From Veleropilina oligotropha (taxonomy: Eukaryota), in contig JBEUKZ010000047.1 of assembly GCA_048128005.1 (NCBI GenBank), positions 372,001-436,000 on the forward strand: DNA of 64,000 nucleotides, written 5' to 3'. Shown here one piece after another: positions 10,118 through 22,300 of the stretch (positions are counted from its first letter, which is position 1; each line of letters opens with the position of its first letter). The position numbers and the translations under genes are program-made. The notes under the pieces are model-generated. The model was not told the DNA's origin and searched no databases. It saw only the letters and a list, made by a program, of their open reading frames with translations.

Positions 10118-11617
10118 CTATTTATTCGGTGGAAGTACGGGCTTAATGGACATTTTCGGCTTCGCTTTGGACTGCCGATCCAATGGTTGGTCGCTTTCCA
10201 TTGAATCGTCGGCAGGAGGAGGTGGCCCAGGTGGATCGGGGCTCTCCTTCGTCTGCTGGTGTAATTTTTCTGCTGCCTCTCTCCCACCCTTCGTGGCAGC
10301 AGCAACAATTTCCAGCGCGAGGTCCTCTATAATGCTATCGGTATTATCAATTTGGTCATCTGATGGTTCGTTGGTATCCATCAGGTGACCAAAGCGATTA
10401 TGCAGCTTAATAGGGTCCTCGGACCCTTTGGGCTGTCTGTCTGGTTTAATGTTTGTTCTATCTGATTTTGAATGTTTCTTAGAGGCTGCTGCTTTAGGAA
10501 CAGCAGCAGTCTCTTTTGTAGAGTTGCGAGTAGGTTTGATAGCTTTGATTGATTTTGATGTTTGAGTTGATTCTGACGATGAAGATGCTAAATTGCTTCG
10601 AGATGGCAAAGTGCTGAAAAAAGCTTCGCCAAATGGCCAGGTGATATCCGTTTGTGTCGAAGAGGATCTAGTGACTGGCTTTTGCTCCGGTGCTGCAGCA
10701 ATTGCAGCATAGGATTTACCCGAAATGGTCCTGGATTCAACCAGTTTCCTGGCATCAGGGAAAGAGATCCGGTCGATAGTTTTGACCCTTTGGATCTCTT
10801 TCTCATGCTTCCACTTCGGGCAGTCCTTAGAGTAAGCAAAATGCTTACCCTTGCAATTGCAGCATAGTGGTGGTTTGGAGCAAGAGTCAGACTCGTGACC
10901 CTCCTCGCTACATCGAGCACATGCGGGATTCCTTCTGCATCGGTCCTTGTGATGCCCAAATGACTGGCATTTGAAGCATCTCAAGGGGTTTGGGATGTAG
11001 GGCTCTACAGGGATGATAATATAACCAGCTTTAATTGTTCTAGGTAGAACAGGAAGGCGGAAGTCCAGGATGATGGTATTGATGGGGATCTTATTTCCAT
11101 CTTTGAACATGGTCAGGCGTGTGACCTTGGTCACACCCTGGCTGTTCATGCCTTCCAGCAGTTCCTGTTCACTGCATCCCTGCAGATCCCTAGATCTAAT
11201 AACTCCCTTGGAGGTGTTCAAGGACCGATGCGGTCGAATTTCAACGGGAATGTTGACAAATTTCGAAGTTCTAAGGAGATTCTCCGCATGGCTCTTCCTG
11301 GCGCATTCGACCAACAGGGTGCCATCTCGAAGTTTCTTCACTGATCGAGGTTCGCCAGCAAGACCAAGGATGGCCTTGGAGATGGCGAAGGGACTCAAAG
11401 AAGTAATTGGAGTAGTTGAGTCAAGTGCCTCGATTGTCAAGAATCGTGGCCAGCTTTCCGGTACAGGGGGTGGAGGGTCGGGCCTATATTCGGCCTCCCT
11501 CTCAGGATCGAATGGGATTGACCGGATAGCGGCCATATATTTCGCATCATCATCGTCAGAATCAATTTCATTTGATTTATTTTTTCGCCTCTTAATTGCG
11601 TGAGTGTGGTGTGCCAT
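10118..11617 (-). CDS. ORF1 of A2
   Basis: 499 aa, near-identical to A1 ORF1. Confidence 0.93.
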   Translation of the reverse strand: MAHHTHAIKRRKNKSNEIDSDDDDAKYMAAIRSIPFDPEREAEYRPDPPPPVPESWPRFLTIEALDSTTPITSLSPFAISKAILGLAGEPRSVKKLRDGTLLVECARKSHAENLLRTSKFVNIPVEIRPHRSLNTSKGVIRSRDLQGCSEQELLEGMNSQGVTKVTRLTMFKDGNKIPINTIILDFRLPVLPRTIKAGYIIIPVEPYIPNPLRCFKCQSFGHHKDRCRRNPACARCSEEGHESDSCSKPPLCCNCKGKHFAYSKDCPKWKHEKEIQRVKTIDRISFPDARKLVESRTISGKSYAAIAAAPEQKPVTRSSSTQTDITWPFGEAFFSTLPSRSNLASSSSESTQTSKSIKAIKPTRNSTKETAAVPKAAASKKHSKSDRTNIKPDRQPKGSEDPIKLHNRFGHLMDTNEPSDDQIDNTDSIIEDLALEIVAAATKGGREAAEKLHQQTKESPDPPGPPPPADDSMESDQPLDRQSKAKPKMSIKPVLPPNK

Positions 11618-13059
11618 ATTGTGTGTCTTAGTGTTTCATCACCCGAGGTCCCCGCCCACCCCGGAGCCCAACAAGGGGGCATTTAACAGGTGCGGGGTTC
11701 CAGCACCCAATGCCAGGGATACCCGGGTGATATACTCAAATAAGTGAATGAATATTAGTGGTGGGAAGTGTATATCCCACCATTCATTCCTCACTTGATT
11801 GACCCTTCAGCCACCGCCTTCTGGGATATAGATCAACGGATGGTAAGTGATCTATGATATGGTATTTTAAGATGTAAAATTTAAATGATGTTATGTTTAG
11901 AATGTTAAGTTATCCCAGGGCATGGCGTGACAAGCCGATTGATCAGATAGGGCCTATCTGACCTCCCGTCTAGCTGAATCCGAGGCCAAAGTAGTGTGTT
12001 GCTTCAGCCGAAGCCGAAGCTCAACTACCAGGACCCTCTTTTCCAACATCACGGGTCGCCACCCACGGCCAACAGGTGGCTCCCATTTGGGGGGATCTTA
12101 CCCCTCTGCAGGGAGAGCAGTCGGCATATTCTAACCCCTAACCGACTGGGGGACCATATTATTGGATAAAAATGTCACAAAAATATATATTTAACAACAT
12201 TATATTATTACCACTGGAAAGATATTTCAATTATCTTTAAAATAGACACAACTTGTAATGATTGCTCAACGAAAAACTGTCAACGATGTTTACAATTCAA
12301 AAAGTTTCTTGACGAAAACATTTTTCGGTGACAGTATTCGTGTCGAGTCATTGTATATGTCACGATGAGTTGGCAATAAAAATTCTCGAGAACGAGAACA
12401 CGAGGTCAAGAAGTTATATATAGGGGATGGATACGTGGCAATGGGTACGTGGCAATAAACTGATCTAGAAGGGTATCTAAGAAATCCATGAGACTTGAAC
12501 TGGCTATAGCCAAAAACCGGATTAGTGATATGCAGTTTCGGCCGAAATGTCCACAGGTAAGTGTTTTAATTTAACCCCCAGGGCCGTCCCTGGGTGTTTC
12601 TTTTAGATATACCCGGGCCGGCGAGGGTAGTGGGCCGTCCCTAAGGGCTCTATATAGTTTACGTTGTGTCGGAACGGGTGCTGGGAGCCTTATTTTTCCA
12701 GTCTAAAAAGTTTGCTCACCCCCCCCCCCCCCTGCTGCTGTTATGCCGGAAAAACTGCTCCATTTAGAGTACACTCACCCCCCCTGCTGCTGGTTCTCTT
12801 GAATGATACGATTAATTCTTTCGTTTTGCGTTCGTTAAGTTTCATATCGTTGTCGTTTGCCCAACTAGCTACCAGAGATGCTGCCAGTTGCATGGTTCCA
12901 TCGTTGCTATCCTTCGATGCGTGACATATAGATGTATCGTCGACATACTTGTATGCTATGGCTGGTTGAGGAATCTGTAGATCTCCTATGTGCACAATGA
13001 AAGTTTTTGAGCCTATCAAAGTGCCCTGGGGTGTTCCTCCGTTCAGAGTCAACATAGGG

Positions 13060-16000
13060 CAGGGCACGAAAATTCCACTCGTCCGCTCGTATTGACGAGT
13101 AACTATTCGGACAGGACGAGCAGAATTTATCAAAATGCGTATTTTACTCGTCCGACAGGACGAGTAGCTATTAGCAGCGGGTCTCTCAACACAGAACTGT
13201 CTGGATCACACACAAATGTCGACAATATTTAATTAGTAATCATTTTAATCCTAAGAACATGTTGTGACACTAAAAACGGGCACGACATAAACCTAGAATC
13301 GTCACCGGAAACATTTGATCCATGAGTTATTTATCGATATGATACTAATAATAGAACCGTTTTCTACACGTTGTCCTGTATAAATTTACCTTTGCCGATG
13401 TCGTTATCATTTCCGAATGCAGTGAAATAAATATTTCAGCATAAATTGCTTTATTATATTAATTTGTACGTTTTTTCTTTCTAAAATAACTCTACAGAGT
13501 GTACGTGAACAATGTCGGAGTGCATGATTTACGCTAACGCTTTCAATCACTGTGTATCTATTTTGAGCGCCTGGAATTCCCAAATAACCGTGCTGTTATA
13601 AAAGTGAACCCCGTTTATAACATGTGCTTTTGCATTCGGTGTGATTCAGAGGTTTCCGTTTTATAGACGTAGGTAGCTTAGCGAAATAGTCCGGGGAATG
13701 CCGATTGATTGAGCTTTCTGTCGTCTGCTATAGTAAAATGTCCGACATTCGCAAATTTTTACAAGGCGGCGGTGATAGCGAAAAACGATCGTTATTGAAA
13801 GAGAATGAAAAAAGGAAACTTTGTCAAAAGAAATATGATCAAAACAAACGAAAAAGATTACTTCATGATTCATGGTTGGATGAATATCCGTGGGCAAAAC
13901 AAGAAAATGGTGAACTTTTCTGTGCCATTTGCCGTAAATATCCTGGATTATCAGACAGAGAGTCCACACTTGTCAAGGGAATAAAAGATAAATACAGGAA
14001 AGAAACACTGAAATTCCACGAAAAGAGCGCGAAGCATGTGAAATGTATCGAGTGCCAAGCTGTGAAAGAAAAGCCAGAATGCAGTCAAATGGCCACAAGC
14101 ATGAAAAAAGTGGATGAAAAAAATAGCGTCGTGTACGAAAAGTTATTCAACACGGCCTATTACATTGCCAGGGGGAATGAATCTTTCAGAAAATTTCCGG
14201 AATTGATTTCATTGCAGCAGAAAAATGGCGTGGAGGTAGGCATAAATTATATAAATGAAAAGGCATGTCGTGAATTTTGCATTAATATAGCAACAGTACT
14301 GAAAAATCAAACTTCAAAGTGTGTGTAGTCTGCACGTTTCATAAGCATACTTTCAGATGGATCGACAGACAAAGGAATAGTCGAGCAAGAAATAGTTTAT
14401 GTCCGATATGTTGGGAAAGACGGTGTGATGAAAACTGAACTTGCTGACATTGTCAATCTTGAACATGGCCACGCAGAGGGAGTAAAGCAAGGCATTTTAA
14501 AAGGTATGGAAAACATTGGACTGTCGCCTACAGAGTTGAGTAAGAAGCTAGTAGGCATCAACACTGATGGTGCAGCTGTGAATCTTGGGAAAAAATGAGG
14601 GGCTGTTAAATTACTGATCGATAGATTAAATGAAGAGGTACCCGAGGGAAGTGCATGTGGTGATTACATGACTGTAGTGCATTGTGTGGCCCACAACCTT
14701 GAACTTGCAGTGTGTGATGCCAAGAAAGATGTTCGATATCTCACAGACTTTGAGAGAGTTTAGAAAGGAATTTTCCAGCTCTATTACTACTCTCCAAAGC
14801 GCAGAACTTTCTGACATCGCAACATCCTTAGACCAGGACCTAAAGCACTATGGGGGTCTACAACAAATACGCTGGGTTGCCAGCCAGAACCGGGCACTCA
14901 AGGCTCTCTTAGATAATTATGATGTTACCATGGTTCATCTTCAGGATATTATATCAACTTGCAAGGATGAGAACGCAAACAAAGCCAGGAGTTACCTCAC
15001 AGAAATGAAAAGTGAAAGGTTTCTCACATTCTCCACTTCATGATAGACTGGACCAATTTGATTTCAGAAGTGTCAGTATTATTTCAACAGAAAAAGTTTC
15101 TGATTTCTGAGGTAGCTAGAAGAATCAGTGAATTGAAAGAAAAGTGTGCTACGATGAAATTAAGAAGGGGCAAGTTGTTGAGAAAGTTTCTAAGGGAAAC
15201 AAATGATGGAACGTTTCGAGGAAATGAAATGACACAGCGACAAGGGAGGCGAAACAACGACACAACAGAGCAGATTGCTAGTGACATTGATGAAATGTTA
15301 ACTGCTTCAGAGTTATTTTTAGAGGAAAGGTTTATCAAACACCTGACAGGAGAACCACATGCTCTGTTTCGGGCCTTTGATTTTCATCAGTGGCCAAACA
15401 AGGATGATAATCCAGATGGTTTCAGGCTGTATGGAGATGAAGAGATTGACAGATTACTAACATTGTACAGTCCATTACTGACCAATGAAGAAAATGAATC
15501 AGCAGTAGATGAGTGGCTTGATTTGAAATTGTATTTGTCACGGAACCTAAACAGATCTATGGTCGATGCTTATGAAAGTCTCTTGGCCAATGAAGATGTA
15601 GAACATTTACGCCATATTATACCACTGGTGACCATAATGCTCACGATATCTCCCAGTACAGCCGAGTGCGAACGTGGGTTTAGTCAGTTAAACCAAATAA
15701 AAACAACACTCCGAACGTCTTTGAATCAAGATACGTTGTGCGCTCTTCAGAGAATCCGAGTAGATGGGCCTACCATGAAAGATTACAACCCAACACAAAG
15801 CATCGTGGAGTGGTTGAACTCTGGAAAGGGATCCAGACACACTAAAGGGCATACATGTTCTGGTCCAAGAGAGAAACGGTTACATCCAGCTGCAGCCTCA
15901 AGTGATTCAGATTCTGAATAGAGCAAGCACACGATTCTCCAGGACTGTTTTTGTCTATTGGCTCAGCTGCTCTTTTATGATTATGATCAATTGTTTATTA

Positions 16001-16378
16001 AATCATCTTCTCCAATCATATGTTTAATTCTTAATCTATGATAATGATAGATTCTACCATTGGTCCATATTATAAATTATGTGCATATATTTATATTAAC
16101 ATTAACACAAAGACATGCAAAATATGTAGAGCGAGACGACCCTCATGCTGCTCGTATACTTTATTGAGGAATAACACATACATTTCCTATCTATAAAGAC
16201 ACGCCATGCAAACAGTACATGTTAGTATAATATTACAAGTATTATATTATATTCACTATATTACTGTTAATTTTGGTTACAAAATGCAGGACGAGTGACA
16301 TTTGGAACAGGACGAGTAGAATTTCCTTGGTACTCGTCCTACAGGACGAGTGAACATTAAAGTAATTTTCGTCCCCTG
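13060..16378 (+). mobile_element. hAT-superfamily DNA transposon with 15-bp TIRs and 5-bp TSD (TAGGG)
   Basis: Left TIR cagggcacgaaaatt and right TIR aattttcgtcccctg match at 14/15. taggg lies on both flanks. Subterminal ggacgag/ctcgtcc repeats at both ends. Confidence 0.9.
13738..15921 (+). pseudogene. hAT transposase (ZNF862/C17orf113-like), disrupted
   Basis: N-terminal Zn finger (WLDEYPW..FCAIC..HEKSAKH), catalytic SDGSTD and TDGAA, CxxH motif VHCVAHNLELAV, C-terminal STAECERGFS. Stops at ~14326, ~14596 and ~14761, plus frameshifts. Confidence 0.88.
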
Positions 16379-17748
16379 TAGGGTATATATCACGTTGCTG
16401 ATTTTAACCTGCTGTTGCCTATTTAGTAGGAACGCAGCAACCCATTTCACCAAAAAATCGGGGGCTCCATTTGCTTTTAGTTTCTTCAACACAATGTTAT
16501 GGTTGACTAAGTCAAATGCCTTCGAAAAATCACATAACAGGATTCTGGCTACTGTACCGGCGGTATCTGTTGTCCTATATAGGTAATCCATCATGTCTAT
16601 AAGGGCATGGGTAGTAGATGACCCCTTTAGACCACCATATTGTCTTGAGTCTGTATCGAGAGATGTATCGTCAATCCACTGACACACGAAGCTTTCTAAC
16701 ACTTTGCTAACAATAGGTGTGAGCGAAATTGGTTGTAAATCGGTCTTTATTGACTTTGGTGGATTTACCTTTGGTAAGGGCACAGTGAATGCCGATCTCC
16801 ATAGCTGGGGGACAAAGCCTTCTCTGATAATAGCATTAAATATCGAGCAGATTGGACCAGATATATATGGCGCAAAATCTCTTAGTACCCATGCAGGTAT
16901 CTCATCTGGACCGGTAGCCTTATTCACACGTAGTTTGGAGAGCCGTGTTTCTACCTCGTGTTGTGAGATGGTGAATTCAGAAGACACGATGTCATTAGGG
17001 TCGAAATGCGGACTATTGGGTTGTAGTGGTGTTAGACAAGACCCAACAGATTGAAAGAATGTATTGATGGTTGTTGCCAACTCTTCCATACTGCCGTCGC
17101 ATTCGTTGTTAGCGAGTAGTTGAAGTGGGGTGTTGCTCACACATCCCGTGCCCATCAATCCTTTCATATTTCTCCACCAGTCTCTTGGATTTCCGTGTTT
17201 TAAATTCGCAACTTTCCTTTGATAAAATTTCTTACGGAGATTCAAGTTTTCTCGATTAACCTTGTTGCGTAACTTATTATACAAAGTGACATTTCCTGAA
17301 GCATATGCTTGTTGACGTTTTCGGATTAGAAATTTGAAGTCTGGAGTAATCCATGGTTTATCTCGTTCGTGCAATGTTACACTTTTTGTTGGAAAATGCT
17401 TGTTATATAAAAGGATCATCTGGTCCTGAAAGCCGTCAAACATTTCTTGACATGATGACATCTTATAAATCGAAGTCCAGTTTGTTAACTTTAATTCATG
17501 GGCAAACATGACCTTTTCATTTTGGCCTAAAACCCGTTTGGTTGAAGTTACTTTTTCACCAACGTTGTACGAAACTGATGGTTTGGGACGACACACTATA
17601 GCATTATGGTCAGAAGATCCAACTGCGGAAACGACAGTTGCCTCGCTATACAATTCAGGCATACTGACAAAAAGTTTATCCAAAATGGCACTTTTTCTTG
17701 TTGGTTTATTAATAAGCTGCTTCACTGGCTTGATTCCGCTAATGCGAA

Positions 17749-17938
17749 CAGTAGTGGGTTCAATACCTGGCTGAGGCATTGAAATTTGTTCAAGTTATGA
17801 ATCACAGTTGTCCGTGACTGGCCGGAGAGGGCGGGTTTACCCGGGCGACTGGGGTTTCCTCCCGCGATAACACGGACATGTCCTGCCTTGAACCTCGATG
17901 TTGTAAATATACAGGAAATTAAGCATCATTCCTCCCTC
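17749..17938 (+). mobile_element. tRNA-derived SINE, Meta-SINE-like core, 5'-truncated
   Basis: B-box-like gggttcaatacc, core gtgactggccggagagggcgggtttacccgggcgactggggtttcctccc, and a (cct)-like tail. Probable 7-bp TSD atgcgaa at 17742-17748 and 17939-17945; the 5' boundary could alternatively be 17735. Confidence 0.72.
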
Positions 17939-18265
17939 ATGCGAAGTAATGAACGGATGGTATTGTCCTTCAGCTGATTAAAGTCGCCTGTTAGCATTAT
18001 GCCTGCATATGGATGTTTTTGTCGTATGGAATCAACGCACCGGAGTATGTGATCCACTAACGGTCGGTCATTGTTGTTATGAGGGTGATATACTACACCT
18101 AAAATAACGTGACTGCATAATCTAGGCATCTTAGTAGATTTTAATGTTACCCAAATTGTCTCAAAATCATCCTCGTAAAGGTGTGACCACTCTCTGTATG
18201 CTAGGAGTTTCTTTATATATACCAACACACCTCCGCCTTTTTTGTGAGGTCTATCGTTTCTACAC

Positions 18266-18392
18266 GTGACTGGCCGAAGAGGGCGGGTTTACCCGGCGAC
18301 CGGGGTTTCCTCCCGCGATAACACGGACATGTCCTGCCTTGAACCTCGATGTTATAAATATACGGGACATTAAGCATAATTCCTCCTCCTCC
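18266..18392 (+). mobile_element. Second, more 5'-truncated copy of the same SINE
   Basis: 12-bp TSD tcgtttctacac at 18254-18265 and 18393-18404, and a (cct)n tail. Removal restores the APE frame GYGMCRNDRPHKKGGGVLVY. Confidence 0.85.
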
Positions 18393-19329
18393 TCGTTTCT
18401 ACACATGCCATAACCGTCAATCTGAATCATATTGTCACTAATACCACCGTGACACCACGATTCTGTCACACATATGATATCAGTTTGATGCTCTTCGGCA
18501 GACACAGTTAAATCATCCACTTTTGACAGACACGATCGTAGGTTTGCGCACATAATGGATGGTAAGCAGCAACTAACATCCAACTAACATTGGATGTTAG
18601 TTCAATCAAATTGGATTTCATTACAGATCTATTATGCTTATTGCATTGGGCCGACGTAACTCTAACTGGAATACGTGAGCCATTGCTAAAGTCACGAGAC
18701 TGTGTATTGCGTGGTTCCCAAATGTTCAGAATGAAAATCGATTTACGTACATGTCTCTTTAACTTGCACATTGGCGAATTTTGCAAAGCCTTTAAAAATG
18801 TTGAACTGTACTTGGCGACAAACATTATCGCGGCATATAATGTTCAGTGAAGCGGCTGAAGATCTCACCTCTTAATTCCAGTTGAACAAAAGACGCTAAT
18901 CAGATCACTCTGACAGGTAGTCCTGCTATTGTAAGGAAAACAATAGAGGTTCACGATTTATGTCCTGGATGACAAACTCAGTTTTGTTTGAAGATTTGAT
19001 TTGATTTGATTTGATGTTTAACGACCACGCCGACACTATTTGGTCATAATCGGGTCGGTCAAGTTGACTATATAATAATTTAATATAAAAAGTTAAAAGT
19101 TACGATAGTAAATACCGATGTAATAAGAGTTGTAAATAAAACAAAGCAATATATTTACAAATAAAATCAAGTTAAGATAAAAATCAATGTAATTTAGATA
19201 AAAACAGCAATAAAATAAAATTTAAAAGCTATGATCAAATGTTTGCTAAAAACAAGTATAATAATAAAATAGTATAATAATACACAAAATATAGAATTGT
19301 CATAAAGGAAATAAAAATATAAATAAAAA

Positions 19330-22300
19330 TTATAACTTATAGAAAATATTTACTTGTTTTAAAAATTCAAATACGGCTTCGAGCTTATTAAGATTAAATA
19401 ACTCTTGGAGTGAATTTGCCCTAAAATAGCTTTGGCGTGCGAGATCCAAATCGACACAATCCAATAAAATATGTTTAATTGTTAGGGCAGTTGCACAAGG
19501 AATACACTCAGGTGGAGGCTCCCCTTTAAGCAAGTAGGAGTGAGTGTAGTGAGAATGCCCAATCCGCAGTCTGGCCAAGACCACCTCCTCTCGCCGAGTT
19601 GGTCTGTAAGAGGGGCCCCAATCGCCAAGAAGAGGTTGGACATTCTGCAGTTTATTCCTTGTGCATTCATTCCAAGAGTGCTGCCAAGTAGAATTTATAT
19701 ATTTGTTTATGCTTTGTTTAAAATCTGAGTGTGGTAGTTTACAATTTAGTATATTATTAAAATGCGAGGCTGCCTTGGCAGCATGGTCAGCCTTCTCGTT
19801 GCCTTGGATACCGATATGGCTCGGTATCCAGCAAAAAACAATGTCATTGTCAGGTAAAAGGTTGTTATATTTTAATAAAATTTCCTGAACAATAACATTT
19901 CTATCCATCTCCCTCAGTGCTTGTAAGCTAGAGAGGGAGTCTGAATAAATAATAAAACGCTGTTTAAGACTTGTAGAGATAAATTTAAGAGCAAGCTCGA
20001 TTGCTTTAAGTTCTGCAGTATATATAGTCGCGCTGCCTGGCAGACGGTTTTGAAAACATTGTCTGCCAGTGACAGCGGCTGCTCCTACTAATTCTGCATC
20101 TTTTGAACCATCTGTGTATATGCTTGCACGATCCGAATATTTCAATTTCAGATCGTGCAATTTTAAGAGATAATCTGTTGTTTCTGTGTCTGATTTTTTT
20201 AGTGATGTAAGTTGTAGGTCAATTACCGGTGCTTTTAGTGTCCATGGTGGAGTAACCGGAATGTGATTTGTTTTAATTTGACCTAAATGTATGCCTGAGT
20301 TATCTAGTGCAGGTTTGATGCGGATGCCGAATGGTGCAATTTTGTTTGGTTTTGCCTGAAATAAGTTTTCGTAATTTGGTGCAAATACAGTTTCGAAAGC
20401 TGGGTTAGATGGATTTGATTTTAATTTAATTGCGTATTGCAGTGACAATTTTTCACGTCTGTGTGTGAGAGATGGCTCATTGGCTTCGACATAGAGGCTT
20501 TCCATGGGTGATGTACGGAAAGCCCCCAGTGCAAGTCGAAGCCCTTGGTTATGGATTGGATCAAGCATTTTAAGGTATGAATGGCGAGCAGAGCCATATA
20601 CAATGCTCCCATAATCAAGTTTAGATCTAATTAAAGATCTATATAATCTAAGTAAAACTTTTTTATCGGCACCCCATTCAGTATTAGAAACTACTTTCAT
20701 TAAATTTAAAGCTTTTTTACATTTAGCTTTAATGTATTTTAAATGCGGTATGAAAGACAGTTTTCGGTCAAATACAAGGCCTAAAAATTTAAATTGATCT
20801 ACCACTGGAATCTCAAAGTCATCCAGCTTCAACACAGGGTCGTCATGTATTTCACGACGCTGGCAGAAGTGCATGCATTTAGTTTTGTCCTTTGAGAATT
20901 TAAATCCATTCTCATCGGACCATATCTGTAATTTATTTAGGCCATGTTGTAACTGGCGTTCTATACTGTTCATATTTGTTGAACGATAGCAAATGCCAAA
21001 ATCGTCAACAAATAATGAACAGTCAGTGCCAGTACTAATACATTTGACGATACTGTTTATTTTAATACTGAATAGGGTGACTGATAAAATACTTCCTTGA
21101 GGGACACCCATCTCCTGGTCGTGGATATCGGAGAGGGTGTCACCCACCTTGACTTGAAAATTTCTATCCTCAAGGAATTTCGAAATAAAATTGGGCAAGT
21201 GGCCCTTTAAACCAAAATCAAACAAATCATTCATAATCCCGTACTTCCAAGTAGTGTCGTAGGCCTTCTCTAGATCGAAAAAAACAGCAACTAAATGTTG
21301 TCTGTTTAGGAAGGCCTCACGAACAAAAGTTTCCAGACGTACCAAGTGATCTGTGGTGCTCCGGTTGCGCCGGAACCCACATTGATATTCTGTAAGTAAA
21401 TTATTTGATTCTAAGTACCAAACTAATCTCTCGTTTATCATCCTTTCCATGGTTTTACAAATACAACTCGTCAGGGCTATGGGTCGATAACTGTTGGGAT
21501 GTGATGTATCTTTTCCCGCCTTTGCAATTGGGATAATTGTAGCTTCCCTCCACGAGGGAGGGAATGTTCCAGTTTCCCAGATAGTATTGAATATTGCAAG
21601 TAGAGTTGTAAGTGATGTTGCAGGTAAGTGCTTAAGTAATTGATAGTGAATGTCATCAGGGCCAACTGTTGTGTCATGTGCCTTGTTTAGTGAATCTGTG
21701 AGTTCCTTGTGTGAAAATGGCTGATTGTATGACTCTGTATTGTTGGATCTAAAATTGAGCCTTGTTTTTTCTTTTTGATGCTTAAAACGGCTGAATTTTG
21801 GAGTGCAGTTGTCGGATGATGAATTGGCAGAAAATGTGTCTGCCAAGGTGTTTGCGATGTCTTTAGCCGTGTTGGCTTCTGAATTGGTTGTTTTAAGGTG
21901 CTTGATGCAGTTGGGTGTATGCTTGCCGCTGATTTTACGGATCATATCCCATGTTTTTTTAATAGTGGAACGAGAGTTTAGTTTGGTAACGTAGGAATGC
22001 CAGGATTCCCTTTTGCTGTGCTTGATGGTACGTCTGGCTTGTGCTCTTAATAGCCTAAAGCTATTAAGATTTTGTAGTGTTGGGTACTGTTTAAATGTTG
22101 AAATTGCATGTATGCGTGCTTTGATTGCTTGTCTGCAGTCTTCATTAAACCAAGGTTTACTTTTGTGTTTTGCATTTGGGCAGGTCTTTGGAATTGAGAG
22201 TGTTGCAATGTCATGTAATGTCGTAGAGAAACTTGATATTGGGTCATCGCCAGTAGCGAAGTTGTTTGAATGTAATTGGTCTTCGCAAAGGGATTGGAAT

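Larger units (their letters stand above)
6060..12152 (-). mobile_element. Full-length family A LINE, copy A2
   Basis: (AAATC)n tail at 6060, ORF2, ORF1, and 5' end at 12152. No TSD visible. Confidence 0.95.
12741..18825 (-). mobile_element. Decayed CR1/L2-group LINE (APE-RT), interrupted by hAT and two SINEs; ends approximate
   Basis: APE motifs ANLRS, VTESW, GVVYHP, GDFN and SDH (17600-18583). RT motifs KATGPDEIP, PISLT, DFSKAFDLV (16384-17000), and GTPQG...KYVDDT (12741-13054) on the other side of the hAT. Confidence 0.85.

Noticed and set aside
13705..15921. Domesticated host gene ZNF862/C17orf113
   Set aside because: Bounded by TIRs and a TSD, intronless, and carrying multiple stops and frameshifts.
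17749..17780. tRNA gene
   Set aside because: Only a B-box/T-arm-like remnant inside a SINE; no cloverleaf.
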